Source: Rhizaria sp. SCN 62-66
Lineage: Eukaryota
DNA length: 64,000 bases
Assembly (NCBI GenBank): GCA_001724265.1
Contig: MEDY01000072.1
Coordinates: forward strand, 1-64,000
Reading direction: 5' to 3'
Made by a program: the position numbers and the translations under genes. The notes beneath the pieces are model-generated. The model saw only the letters and a program-made list of their open reading frames with translations, made no database searches and had not been told where the DNA came from. Below are positions 34,501-46,500 of the stretch, piece after piece; the stretch's first letter is position 1; every line of letters starts with the position of its first letter.

Positions 34501-37500
34501 CGCCGGCATGCGTGCGCGACTCGCCGGAGACGAGCGGAACCGCAATCGCGACGCCAGCCGCACGCGCCAGCAGCAGCTGCGCGAGCGGCACGGGCTCCGC
34601 GGTCTCGGCAAGCGCGGCAGCGCCGGACACGGCAATACCAGCGGCGTCGGCGAGCACGAGCGCGAACGTCGCGTGCAGGGGGGCGCCAGCGCGCGCGGCA
34701 AGTGCAGCCTCGAGCGCGGCCGCAAGCGACAGAGGACTGGCCGACAGCAGCACAGTCAGCACGGTCGACGCGGGGGCGGTGGCGGTGAGCGGCGACGAGG
34801 CCGCGGTGCAGCGCGGGCGCGACACGGCGTCAGCGCCGGCACCGCTAGAAGCGGAGCTAGAGCCAATCGTCGGATCGGCGTCGGCGGCGTCGGCGGCCGC
34901 GTCGGTGAGCGCAACCTGGAGCACGACCGAGGCAGCCGAGCTGGCGTTGGCGGTAGAGAGCAGCGCGCGCAGTCCGCCGGCGAGGCGCGCGGTGGCGGCG
35001 ACGGCGACGGGCACCATGCGCTCGGCGTGCGGCGCCACGGGCACCAGAGACAGCGAGGGCGCCGAGAGGGTGGCAAGCGACGCGCCGACGACGACGGCAC
35101 ACGCGGGCGGCAGTGTGGGGATCGCAGAGACGGGGGGTGCGGTGGCGCCTGCGGGACGGCCCTGCAACGAGAGCTGCGCATCGGCGGTGGCGCGGAAGGC
35201 GGCGTCGGCGATAGCCTCGGACACGACTACGGCGACGGCCTGTGCGGCCTGGGGAGGCATGGCGACGGAAGCCTGCTGAGCAGGGAAGATCGATGCATCA
35301 ACAAGCGCGCGCACAGCAACCAGCAGCGCGGCGAAGGACGGCAGTGGCGCCAGGTAGGGCGTGCGCATGCCGGGCGCGGCGGTATGAGTCAGCCAGCGCA
35401 GCAACGAGAAGTAGTAGCCAAAAAGCGAGCCGGGCGCAAAACCGCCGCGCGCGGTAAACTCGAGCGACTCCGCCGTGGGCTCGGGCAGCGCCACGGGCTC
35501 CGGCTCGCCGGGCACAGACACGGTGCCAGTGGCGGTGCTGTCGTATGAGCGCACGTACTCGCGCAGCGGCACGCCTAGGTCGCGCGCAAGACTAAGCTCG
35601 GTGGCGACGGCGCGCGCGGCGACTTCAGTGGTCTCGCATAGCAGCGCCAGGTCGGCACCCGTGGCCGAGAGCAGCGTGCCGGGCGTGAACAGGTCGCACT
35701 GGCGGTCCACCAGCGCGGCGCGCACGGCGGCGCGGCCGGCGGCCACGGCGTCGCGGCGCCGCGCCAGGAAGACGGCGTCGCGCACGCCGACGACGAGCTG
35801 GCGCCAGCGCGACTCGACCGTGAGGCGCACACGCTGGCGGCCTGCGATGTACGTCGCCAGCGCCGCCAACGACGCGAACGGGCCGGGCACCGGCACAGAC
35901 GCGGCGTCGTTACTGCCGCCGGTGGCGGGCGCAGAGCGCGCGCGTACACGGGCTTCGACAAGGCGCACGAGCTCCGAGAGCGTGGTGCGGCCCGCGAGAC
36001 CGCGCGTCCACAGATCGACGACCTGCGAGGGTGTAACAGTGAAGAAGGCCGTCAGCGCGCCCGCGCCGCCCTCGGCGTCGGTCGCCAGCGGGACCGCGTA
36101 GGGTGGCACGAAGAGCGCGTGCTGCACGGCGGGCGCAGAGAGGTACTCAAGCACCTGCGCCTGTAGCGGGACCCAGGCGGCGACCCAGCGCTCCGTCTCG
36201 AGCGCCAGGTGCTCCATCGAGTCGCAGTAGACAGGCAGCCAGCGGCCCGCCGAGACGGACTCGAGCAGCTCGCGCGCCGTGGCTGCCGCCTGCGAAGGCG
36301 GAAGGCCCAGGCGGCCCGCGGACGCGAGCGCGGCGGCGCGGGCAAAGGCGCGCGCGGGCACGCCGACGGGGCCGGGACGGCCCTGCATCTCGCGCAGCGC
36401 GACGAGAGTCGCGGCGACGTCGCCGCCGGCGCCCTTAAGCACGCGCGCGAGCGCCTTTTCGGTGACGGCGACAGCCTGCAGCGTGCGCGAGAAGAGCACA
36501 CACGCGGGGTCCGCCAGGAACTGAGACAGCACCGTGAAGGCACGCTGTTGCGCGCGCGCATCGAGACGGCGGCGCATGTGGTCCTCCTGCTCGGCGATGG
36601 CGCGTTGGGCGGCGGCGTGAGCGGGCCACGCCTGGCCCACAGCGTGCAGCAACTCCTCGGGAGAGTCGAGCGCGTCCAGAGTCACGTCGCTCGAGCCGGC
36701 AGCCGACGCGGACGAGCGGCCATAGCCGCCAGAGGCAGCAGCGGAGCCATAGCCCCCGTAGCCGTCGTCTTCCTCAGCAGCAGGCGCAGCATTTGCGGCA
36801 GAGCTGGCGCTCGCGGAGGCCGAGGCGTACTTGGCCTCGCGCATGACGGCCTGGAGCTCATCGAGCACGTGCACGACTAGCTTGAGCGCGCTGGGGTCGC
36901 CGCCGGTCTGTGACATGAGCAGCAGCGCCTCGGCGTGGCCCGCCGAGAGCGCGAGCTTGGCCTTGCGAGACAGCAGCTGGCACTTAGGTCCCAGCACATA
37001 CAGCAGCAGCTGGCGCTTGCGCTGGGCGAGTTGCGCGTGCTCGCGCGCCACGGCCGCGAGCAGCGTGGCGGGCGAGGCGAAGAGGCGCTGCTGGTGGTCG
37101 AGCGAGAGCAGGTGTGCAAGGCAGCGCGCGCGGCCGCCGGAGACGGCGAGCAGCGCGGTGATGTCGGCGCCCGTGAGCGTCACGCCCTCGGGGCCCGCGC
37201 CAGCGAAGAGGCCGCAGCGCGGGTGCGAGAGGTATTGGGCGACTGCGAGACGGTCAGCGTCGGACACGGCGCCGGGGGCCAGCGCGGGGACAGACACAGG
37301 AGCCTGGCCAGGCACGGCGACAAGGCGCGTGACGGGCTGCAGCGAGACAGCGCCGTCGACTGAAGACGGCTTGAGCTGGTACAGCGCGGCCTCGCGCGAG
37401 CGCTCCTTGACCTCCTCGATCTTGACGCGCAGCAGTGCGAGCGCGGTCTGCTTGCGCTCCTGCTGGCAGCGGCGCAAGCCCTCGACGAGTGCGGCCAGCG

Positions 37501-40500
37501 AGCCGAACGTCTCGGGCTCGGGCGCCAGCGCAAGCGCGCGGCGCGTGGCCTCGACGGCCTGCTGCGTCGTCGCCAGCTGCGCGCGCAGACGGCCCGCGCG
37601 GCGGTCAAGCCGGGCGAGCGCCTCCGCGGTGTGTGCGTGCTGCTCCGCGGTCGGTTCGGCCCACTGCAGCGCGGCGTCGAGCGCGGCGGTGCGCGCAGCC
37701 TCAGCCTGGCGCAGCGCCTCCTCGAGCTGGCCCATGTCCTCGGTCCGCAGCGCGGCCTGCTGGCGCAGCGCGACGCGCGCCTGCTCGGCGTGCGCGGAGC
37801 GGTCCGTGAGCTCCTGCAGCCCCTCGAGCGTGGCGCCCAGGGCCTCGGAGTCGTAGTACAGACGACTGGCCTCGCTCGTGCTGACCTCCTCCAGGTCCGC
37901 GGGGCGGCGGCGCACGCGGATCAGGCCGCGCGCGGCGGCAGCGCGGGCCTCGGCCCCGTCGTCGCCAGCGTCCGCGCCCGAAGCGGGGGCCGAGAAGGCC
38001 TCGTCAGAGTCTGACAGCAGGCGCGGCACCACGACCTCGCCGGCGGGCTCGCTGCTGACGGCGGCCTGCGAGGCCGCGCTGCCGGCGCTGGCGCTGGCGC
38101 TGCCGGCTGAGGACGGGTGCACGTAGACGTAGGGGAACAGCGGGAGCGCCTGCGGCGACGCAACGAAGGCGCGGATCTGCTCGATGGTCGCGTCGACAAC
38201 AGCGGCCGCAGTCATCGGCGTGGCACCAGCAGCCGTGTTGCCCGCCGCCGCCGAGGGCGAGTGCGCGTCGTATGTGAACGCGGCCGAAGGGCCGGCGCTC
38301 GACGTGGACGCCAGCGCGGCCAGCGGCGACATCATCGCGAGCTCGTCCACGGTCATCTTCGAGGTGTCCTGCTGCTGCGCCATCTGCGTCTGGCCCGGCG
38401 CTGAGCTCGCGGCCGACGCGGGGCCGGTCGCGAGCGCGCGCGCCTCGGCCCGCAGCGCCTCGATCTCCTCGCGGCGCGCCTGGCGACGGGCCTCGGCCTC
38501 GGCGCGCACAGCGGCGGCCAGCGCAGGGCGTGAGCCGAGCGAGTCGAGCGCACGAGCCACAGACGGCACGGCGTCGAGGCCGCCCTCGTTGGCCGCGGCC
38601 TCGGAGGGCGCGAGGGCCGAGCGCGCGGCAGCAGCGGCGGCCAGCGCGTCGACGAGCGCGGCGGTGTCGAGGCCCGTCTGCGCGGCGTGCTGTAGCGCAA
38701 ACGCGCCCCAGAGGCTCCACACGAGCTCGCCGGCGGACTTGGCTTCCTCGGCGCCCTCAGGAGCGGCGGCGGAGTCTGCAGCAGCAGGAGCAGCGGCACT
38801 AAGGTCGCCAAGCGCGGGCGCGACAAGCTGCAGCTGCGCGCGGAGGTGCGGGAGCGCGGCGCCGAGCTGGCGCGCGTAGAGCTTGACCTCGGCGCAGAGC
38901 GCGGCGACGGAGCCAGTCTTGAGCCCGCGCTGGCAGAGCTCGCGCAGCACGCGCAGCGCAGTTTCCTCGGGGCCTGGGGCAAGCGTGTCGGCAATGGGCG
39001 CAGCCGCGGGCATCGCGGGCACGGCGCAGCGGACCAGAGCGCGCGCGTGAGCAAATGACAGCGCGGCGGCGAGGCCAGGCTGCGCGAGCGCGAGCAAAGT
39101 CGTTTGTGGCTGACGCAGCAGCGCGAGCATCTCAGCGTACAAGCTGCGCAGGCGCTGCGCCTCCGCCGCCAGTGCGGGAGTCAGCGCGGCGAGCGAGGCG
39201 AAGGTCTCGCCGCGCGCGGCCAGCCGCTGCAGCGCCAGCGCCGAGCACAGGCCCGACTGCGCGTGCGCAATCATCGACGCGACCTCGGCCGGGAAGGGCG
39301 CGCGGCCGCTGGGCAGCGCGCCGGGCGCGAGCAGGCCCGCGTAAGCCGGCGCGGGGCCCGCGGCGGCGCGCGGGGCCGTGGTGAGCGCGGCGAGTGCGTA
39401 GCGCGTCTGGTCCTCGAGCACGATGGTGTAGTTGGCGATGGCCTGCACGAGGTGGTACATGGACACGAAGACGGGTCCAGCCTCAGCGGCGACGCACGCG
39501 ACAACGCGCACAGCGGCCGCGGCGTCCTTGCCACAGAGGTCGTACACGGCGTGCAGCAGCGCGTCGGGCAGCACCAGCGGGAAGGCCTCCTCTACGAACA
39601 GCCCGTGCGCGTCGCCCTCGTCGCTCTGCGGGCCCGAAGCAACGGGCAGCGCGGCGACCGACGCGGAGGAGGGCTCGGGGGTGAGCTCCGGAAGCCCATG
39701 CTCGGCCTGCATCTCGACGATGGCGGCGTCCGCGGCGGCGGCGAGAGACGTGTCCTCGCCCGCGGGGGCAGGCGCAGCAGCCGGGGCGCCACCTTGGGCC
39801 TGTGTAGCAGCATCACCGCCCTCGGGCACGGTCGCGGCCGCGGGTTCGCCTTTGACAGAAGCAGTGCCGGTCTGGCTAGCACCGCCCTTTGTCGTAGCGA
39901 CAGCGCTGGCGGGCGGCGCGTACGACGGCGGCATGCAGGTAACGATGGCGTCGCGGATGCGGCTGATGCCCTCGCGACGGCGCTCGGCGGCGGCCTGCGC
40001 GGCCTCAACGAGCGCGGCGTAGCACTCGGCGAGCGAGCTGAAACGCCGGTCCTGCGCCTGAAGGCCCCAGAGCTGGATGACCATGTCAAACGCGGGCGAC
40101 GAGGGCGAGAAGAGCGGCGGCGAGCGTGCGTAGACGTCGGCCATCACGTCGAGCACGTCCGGCATGGCCACGGCGACGGGCGGCGACGCGCCCAGGAAGA
40201 GCGTGCAGCGCGGGTCCGTCAGGTGCGCCAGCAGCGCGCGCGCCTGCAACAGGAAGCTCTGGTGCTGGCGGCGCAGCGCGTCGGCCAGCGCGGAGAGCGA
40301 GAGCGCGCGGAAGCCCGCGGCCGAGAGGTGGTGCAAATGGAACAGCGCGAGCTCGAACGCCACGTGTTCCTGCGAAGCCGACGCCGACAGCGCAGCGCTC
40401 GACAGCGCGCGCGCCCACGCGCCAGCAGCGGGTGCGGCAGAGCTCGAGGCAGCGCCAGACGATGTGGCGTTGAGCGGTGTGACGGTTGCGGCCGTAACGG

Positions 40501-43500
40501 CCGAGGCCGCGGCGGCGCGGTGCAGCGCGACGGGCCCCGCGGCGCCTGCGGGCGTGGTGGGCACCGAGGGCGCGGGCAGCGCGACGGTGAGCCGCATCGC
40601 GGGCGGCGCGGGCGCGAGCAGCGCAACGGCGTTGAAACCCTCGAGCTCCCCATCGCCGTCGGCCTCGCCGTGCGCGGAGCGCGCGTCAGCGGCGGCAGCG
40701 GCGGCGGCGGCCTCGGCGGGCGAAATAGGGTGGTACGCCTGGGGGCGGTCCTGCAGGCCCAGTGCAGAGGCCGCAGCGGCGGCGTCGCCCACTGCGGCAG
40801 AGCCGGCGCCGGCGGCAGCGGCGGCAAAGCCGAAGGGCGCGGCCGCAGAGGCAAAGAGGAACGCGGCCGAGCCCAAGCCGGTGGTCACGGCGGAGCCCGG
40901 GGTGGCGGCGGGGAGCCCAGCGAAGAGTGCGGCCGAGTCAGACAGCGCAGCGGAGGACGCGCCGCCGGCGGCCGCGGCGAACACGCCCGAAGCGTTGCCC
41001 GCAGCGAGCGCGGCGGCAGCAGCGGACGTGTCACGCGCATCGGCAGCGGCGCCCACGGCCTGCGGCGTGAGGAAGGCGCGCGCGGCGTGGCGCAGTGCGA
41101 CGAGCGTCTGCAAGTGCGTGAGATGGCGCGCGACCTGCGGGGCTTGGCGGAACAGCGCGCACGCGGGCACAGGCGCCGCGCCGGACAGGTGCTGCGTCAG
41201 CGACGCGGGCACGATCGCGCCGAACAGCGTCTCGTCGCTCAGCGCGGCGTCCAGCGCGTCACTCTCACCGCCGCTGCCGGTGCTCGCAGCGGCGGGCGCC
41301 GGGCGGTCCGTGAGCCAGGCGTGCACGCGCGCAGCGACGTCCTCGCGGCGGTGCGCGAGACGCGCGGCCACGGCGCGCAGCAGTTCGGACAACTCCTCAA
41401 CGGTCTCCAGCGCAGAGTCGCCATTGTTAGCGGCGGCAGCATCATTGCCGTTGTCAGAGTTGTTATTCTCAGTCTGGGGACGCAGGAGCGAGAGGTTGCC
41501 AGCAGCGACGAGCGCGGCGTGGGCGCGGACGGCAACTGGAAGCGTGGCGGGCAGCGAGGGGCCCTCAAGGCTGACACAAAGCACGTTGAGCTCGGCCACG
41601 GTCTCGTCCGTCACGGACGCGCGCGCAGCAGCGCTCAGCATCGGCGTCGCAGTCAGGAACGCGCGCGCGGCCGCGGCGTCCGCGGGCGAGAGCGTGGTGA
41701 CCGCGTTGACTGCGGCGGCGAGTCCGTCGACGGTGGCGACATCCCAGTCCGGCGTGACCACGGTGGCGCCACCACGGGCCTCAGCGGCGGCGGCGTTGTG
41801 CGAGAGCACGACGTCCTCGACGCGATGCAGCGCGGCCAGACACGCGGGGCCGGAGCCGTGGGCCGCGGCGACGAGCTGCCGCACGTGCACGTCAAGCAGA
41901 CACGCCGCAGATGCTGCGCTGCCGTCGGCGCCGCGCAGCAGCGCGGACTCGGGCCGCGTCAGGAAGGCCAGAACGTCACGCGCGGCGGCCTCGTCCGCGG
42001 CGCGGCGGCCCTCGACAAAGGCCTCGACCGCGGCGCGCAGCTCGGGCCAGCCGCCGGGGAACGCCGCGGTGTTAGCCGCGGCCGCAGAGGCGCGCGCACG
42101 GCGGAGGAAGCCCGCGGCAGCAGCCGTGGGGAAGTCGGTGGGCAGCGCGGCGGCCAGTTCGCGGGCCACGGAGCGGCGCAGCGAGCCCTCGGCTGGCACC
42201 AGGCCGGCGCCGCCGCTGGGGAACACGCTGGGCAGCGCGGATGCGCCGGCGTCAGGGCCCAGGGCGGCCTCAAGCGCGCGCACGCGGGCGTGGCGCTGCG
42301 CGGTGGCGGCAGCCACGGCGGCGACGAGCGCGGCGACGGATGCGAAGGGCCGGCGCGCGCTGGGCGCGGCGAGCACAGGCACGGCATCGATCGCGCTGCC
42401 ACTCGCGGCGCGCTGCTGCGGGACCGCGGCGGCCGCGGCGGCGCGCTTGATCTGCGCCTCGAAGCCGTCGAGCGTGGCCAGTGCCAGCGCGGCGTCGCCG
42501 TCAGCGGCGGCGAGCACGGCGCACGCGTCCTGCACGCACACAGCGGAAGCGCTCTCGGCATAACCAGCTGCAGCGAAGCGTGCGTTGCCCTCGTGTGCGA
42601 TTGTGACTGTGAAGGCCCCCGTCGCACCAAAGTCAGCGGCAGACACGGTGTTCGAGTCAGCGGCGGCCTGCGCAGGCAGCACAGCAGACGCGGGCGCGCG
42701 CACGCGGGCAAGCACAGCAAGCGCACCGGCGGCGGCCACAGCGCGGTCACGCTGTGCGAGCGTGGCGACAGCCTGGGCCAACGCGGCGAGCGAGCCAAAG
42801 ACGGCCCCATGCGCGCGCAGGTGCGCCAAATAGCGTGCCAGGTCCGCGGGCGCGAGTGTGGCAGCGCGGCGCGCAACTAAATGCAGCTGACGCGGGGTCA
42901 GCGCGCGCAGGCTCGAGACGCCGGCGGGCGTGAAGATCGCGCGCGCGTCGAGGCCAAGCGAAGACACGAACGCGCTCGAGAGCGGGCCGTCGAGCGCCGA
43001 ATCAGCCAGCGAGGGCGAACTAGACACAGCGCCGACGGCAGCCGCGGCAGCAGCGGCGCGGCCCAGCACGGCGGCGGCGAACACGGCCGCGGGGGCAACA
43101 GGGCGCGCGAGCGCGGCGTCGCAGCCTTCATACGCATCCAACGCGGGCAGCGCTGCCTGGGCCGCGCAGAAGGCGGCGAGCAGGCGCTGCGCCGCGAGCG
43201 CGCGCGCGTGCTCAGAGCGCACAGCGGCAATGACGGTACCCAGCGAGCGCAGCCGGCGCCCACGCAGCGCGGGGGACACCTGCATCAGCGCGCCGCGGCT
43301 GTCGTCGGCGCCGTCGCCAGAGACAACGAGCGCGTTCGAGGACGCGGCTGTCGCGTCGTCGTCGTCGCCGGCGCCGGCTCCGCGCAGGAGCTCGAGCGCG
43401 GCGTTGTTGAGCACGGCGAGCACGCCTAGCGCGAAGGGGCCTGCGCCCGACTCGACGTAGATGCGCGCGGCGTCCTCGGGCGTCAGCAGCGCAGGCACCA

Positions 43501-46500
43501 CGGCGTCCTCGCCGTCGACGGCGGCAGACGCGGCGCTGAGCGCGGGCGAGTCCGAGAAGAGCACGCAGCGCGGCGAGCGCAGGAAGGCCAGCAGACGCGC
43601 CTTATTCGCGATCGACGCGGCACGCTCAGCGGCGACGGCGTCGGCGAGCGCGGCCGTCGTTGGCGCAAGCACGCCCGCGGCTTCGAGAACGCGGAGGTAC
43701 ATAACGCACTCGTCGGCGGAGCTCGCAGCCGCGGCCAGCAGCGCGTCAGCGTCGGCGTCGCCCGCGGCGGCCGCGCCCTGCGCCAGGACGCGCGTGTCGG
43801 GCTGCCGCAGGTGCGCGAGCACGACTGCGCGCGCGGCGTGGCGTTGCGTGAGCACGTTGCTGCGCGTGGCGCGCACGGCGGCTGTGAGCGCCTCCCAGGA
43901 GCGGAAGCGGTCGCGGCGCACGTCAAGCGCCCATAGCGCGTGCAGCGTCGCCGCGCCGGCGCCGCCCTCGTGGTAAAGCCGGTCCACGGTGGCGGCGTTG
44001 ATCACGACCAGGGCCTCGCCGGACGCCGTCGTCAGCGAGCCGGCCGAGAGCGCAGACAGCTGCGCGGCGGACCGGTACGGGCTCGCGCCGCCGCTGCCGT
44101 TGCCCGCGCCGCTGTCGGCGCCGGGCCCGTCGAGCATCGCCGCGAAGGCATGGGGGTAGTCGGCGGGCAGTGTGAGCGCGGAAGACATGGACGCCGCGGC
44201 GCCAGCGGGGGCGCCGCTGTCGCCGCCGGAGATGGCGTTCGCGGCGCGCTGCTGTTGCTGGGCAGGGAAACCCGCAACCGCGGCAGCGTCGGCGTCGGCG
44301 TCGGCGCCGTCGTCGTTGCCCGTGGCGACGAGCGCGTAGCTCATGCCGCTAGAGGCGCTTGTGGTGGGCACACTGGCGGCGTTGATGCGCGGCGGCGCGC
44401 GCGCGGGCGCGGTGGCCGCGGAGGCCAGCCCAGCGAGCGCGGCGCTGCTGCTAGCGTCGGCGACGACGTGCACGCCCTCGAAGAGCCTGCACTGCGGCGA
44501 AGTCAGGTGCGCGAGCAGGTCCCTGCGGTGCGCGGCCGTGGCGGCGCGCTCGCGGCGGACTTCCTCGACAAGCGTGGCCATCGAGGGAAAAGTGCGGCCC
44601 GAGCAGTCGAGCGCCTCGAGCAGCGCGCGCGTGTCCTCGCCGCCCTGGTCAAACAGACGGCGTACGTCCAGGTCCGACGCACGCGCGCCGCGCTGTAGCA
44701 GCGCGCAGGCGGGCGAGAAGAGGTAGCCGAGCGTGGCGAGCCGCGCCTCGACCTGCGCGTTAAGCGCGGCGACGTGGGCGGCAAGCACGGCTTGCGCCAG
44801 CTCCGGGACGAGCAGGCGGCAGCGCACGCCCTGTGCGTGCAGCAGGTGCAGGTGGTACAGCGCCGCGGGGCCCGCGCGCGACTCGGCCAGGAACTGGTCG
44901 ACATCGGCGACAGTGAGCGAGGCCGTGGAGACCGCCCCCGCGCCGGAGAGCAGCGCGGAGCCCGTCGGCGACTGCAGCAGATCCAGCAGCTGCACCTTGA
45001 GCGCCGTGTGCGCGGCCTGTACGGCGGCGATGAGCTCCGCGAAGGACGCGAACGTGCGGCCCGCGTCCATGAGCGCGGTCAGATGATGCTTGCAGGCGAG
45101 CAGCCCGCGCGCCTGCACGAGCAGCGCGTCCAGCTCGTCCGCGGTCACCGCGAGCGAGCCCGGCGGCGCCTGCCCGCCCGTGGCACCAGAGGCCTCCACG
45201 AGCGCGTTGCTGGAGCTACCGACGGCGGCGGCGGCGGCAGAGCCCACGGCACCCGCGTCGTCGCCGTTGTTGGGGTTAGAACCGTTGGGGCCCTGGCCAG
45301 CACCAGCGACGGCGGCGTCCGCGAAGGACGGCGGCGCGGCGGGGGTGCTCAGGGCGGCCGCGGCGGCCGCGGCGGGGAACAGGCGGTACGCCGCGGTGTG
45401 GAAGAAGGACAGCAGCTCCTGGCGCTGGAGGTCGGTGACGGTCATTGAGTAGTCGGACAGATAGTAGAGCTTGCGGCGGCGCACGGCGTCCTGGTGCGCG
45501 CGCGCGACGAGCGCAGCGAGCTGTGGCAGCGCAGTCACGGTCACGCGCGCGCGAGCCAGAGCGCGAACGTGCGTGAGTGTGTCGACACCTGCGCCGGAGC
45601 GCGCAATGAGGTCCTGCACGTCCTGCGCCGTCACCACGACGCACACGGCCGGGGCGCCGGAGGCGGCGCTAGTGCCTGCGGCATCGAAGAGCGGGCAGTC
45701 AGGGCGCTGGAGAAAGTGGAGTAGGTCCCCGGCGACGCGGTCAAGCGCGGCCTGCTGCAGGCGCGCAGCCGAGACGGCGAAGATGAGGTGGTCGAACGAC
45801 AGGAATGAGCGCCCGCGCGCGTTGAGACCGTCGAGCAGGCGCAGCGCGGCCGCGACGTCGCCCCCAGGGCCAGCGCCGGGGCCCGCGGCCTCGACGATGA
45901 GCCGCGAGAGCTGCGCAGCTGTGGCCTGAACGAGCTCGGCGCCCGCGAAAAGGCGGCACGCGGGCGCGGTGAGGTGGGCCAGCACAAGCTGGCGGTCCGT
46001 CTCGCTCACGCTGGCCACGAGCGCGTCCGTGGCGGCGCGCTGCACGGCGGCGGCGTGCGCGGCCGAGAGCGCGGCGGCCAGCTCGGCCATGCTCGCGAAG
46101 GCGTGGCCGGCGCCGTTGAGCGCGGCGACGAGCGTGACGACGTCGGCGGGTGCGGCGGGCGCGGCGGCCAGCAGTTGCGCCGCGGCCGCCTCGTCCACCA
46201 GCACGGGCGCCTCGGCGCGCGAGAACAGCTGGCACACCATGGGGTTCGACAAAAACGCGACGAGCTCCTTGCGCGCGGCGGCGTGCGCCGAGTGCTGGCC
46301 CGCGGCGGCGGCCTGCGCGAGAGTGAGCGAGCCCGCGTCGCCAGGGTACTCCTGCATGTGGCCGTGCGCGCCGTGGGGGCCCGCGCCGTGCCCTGACAGC
46401 GGGACGAGCGCGTTAGGGCCCACGAGCGCGCGTGGGGAGCCGTCAGGGTGGTAGCCCAGCGCGCCTGCGCTGCCCGCGGCGGGGCCGCCGCTGCCGGAGG

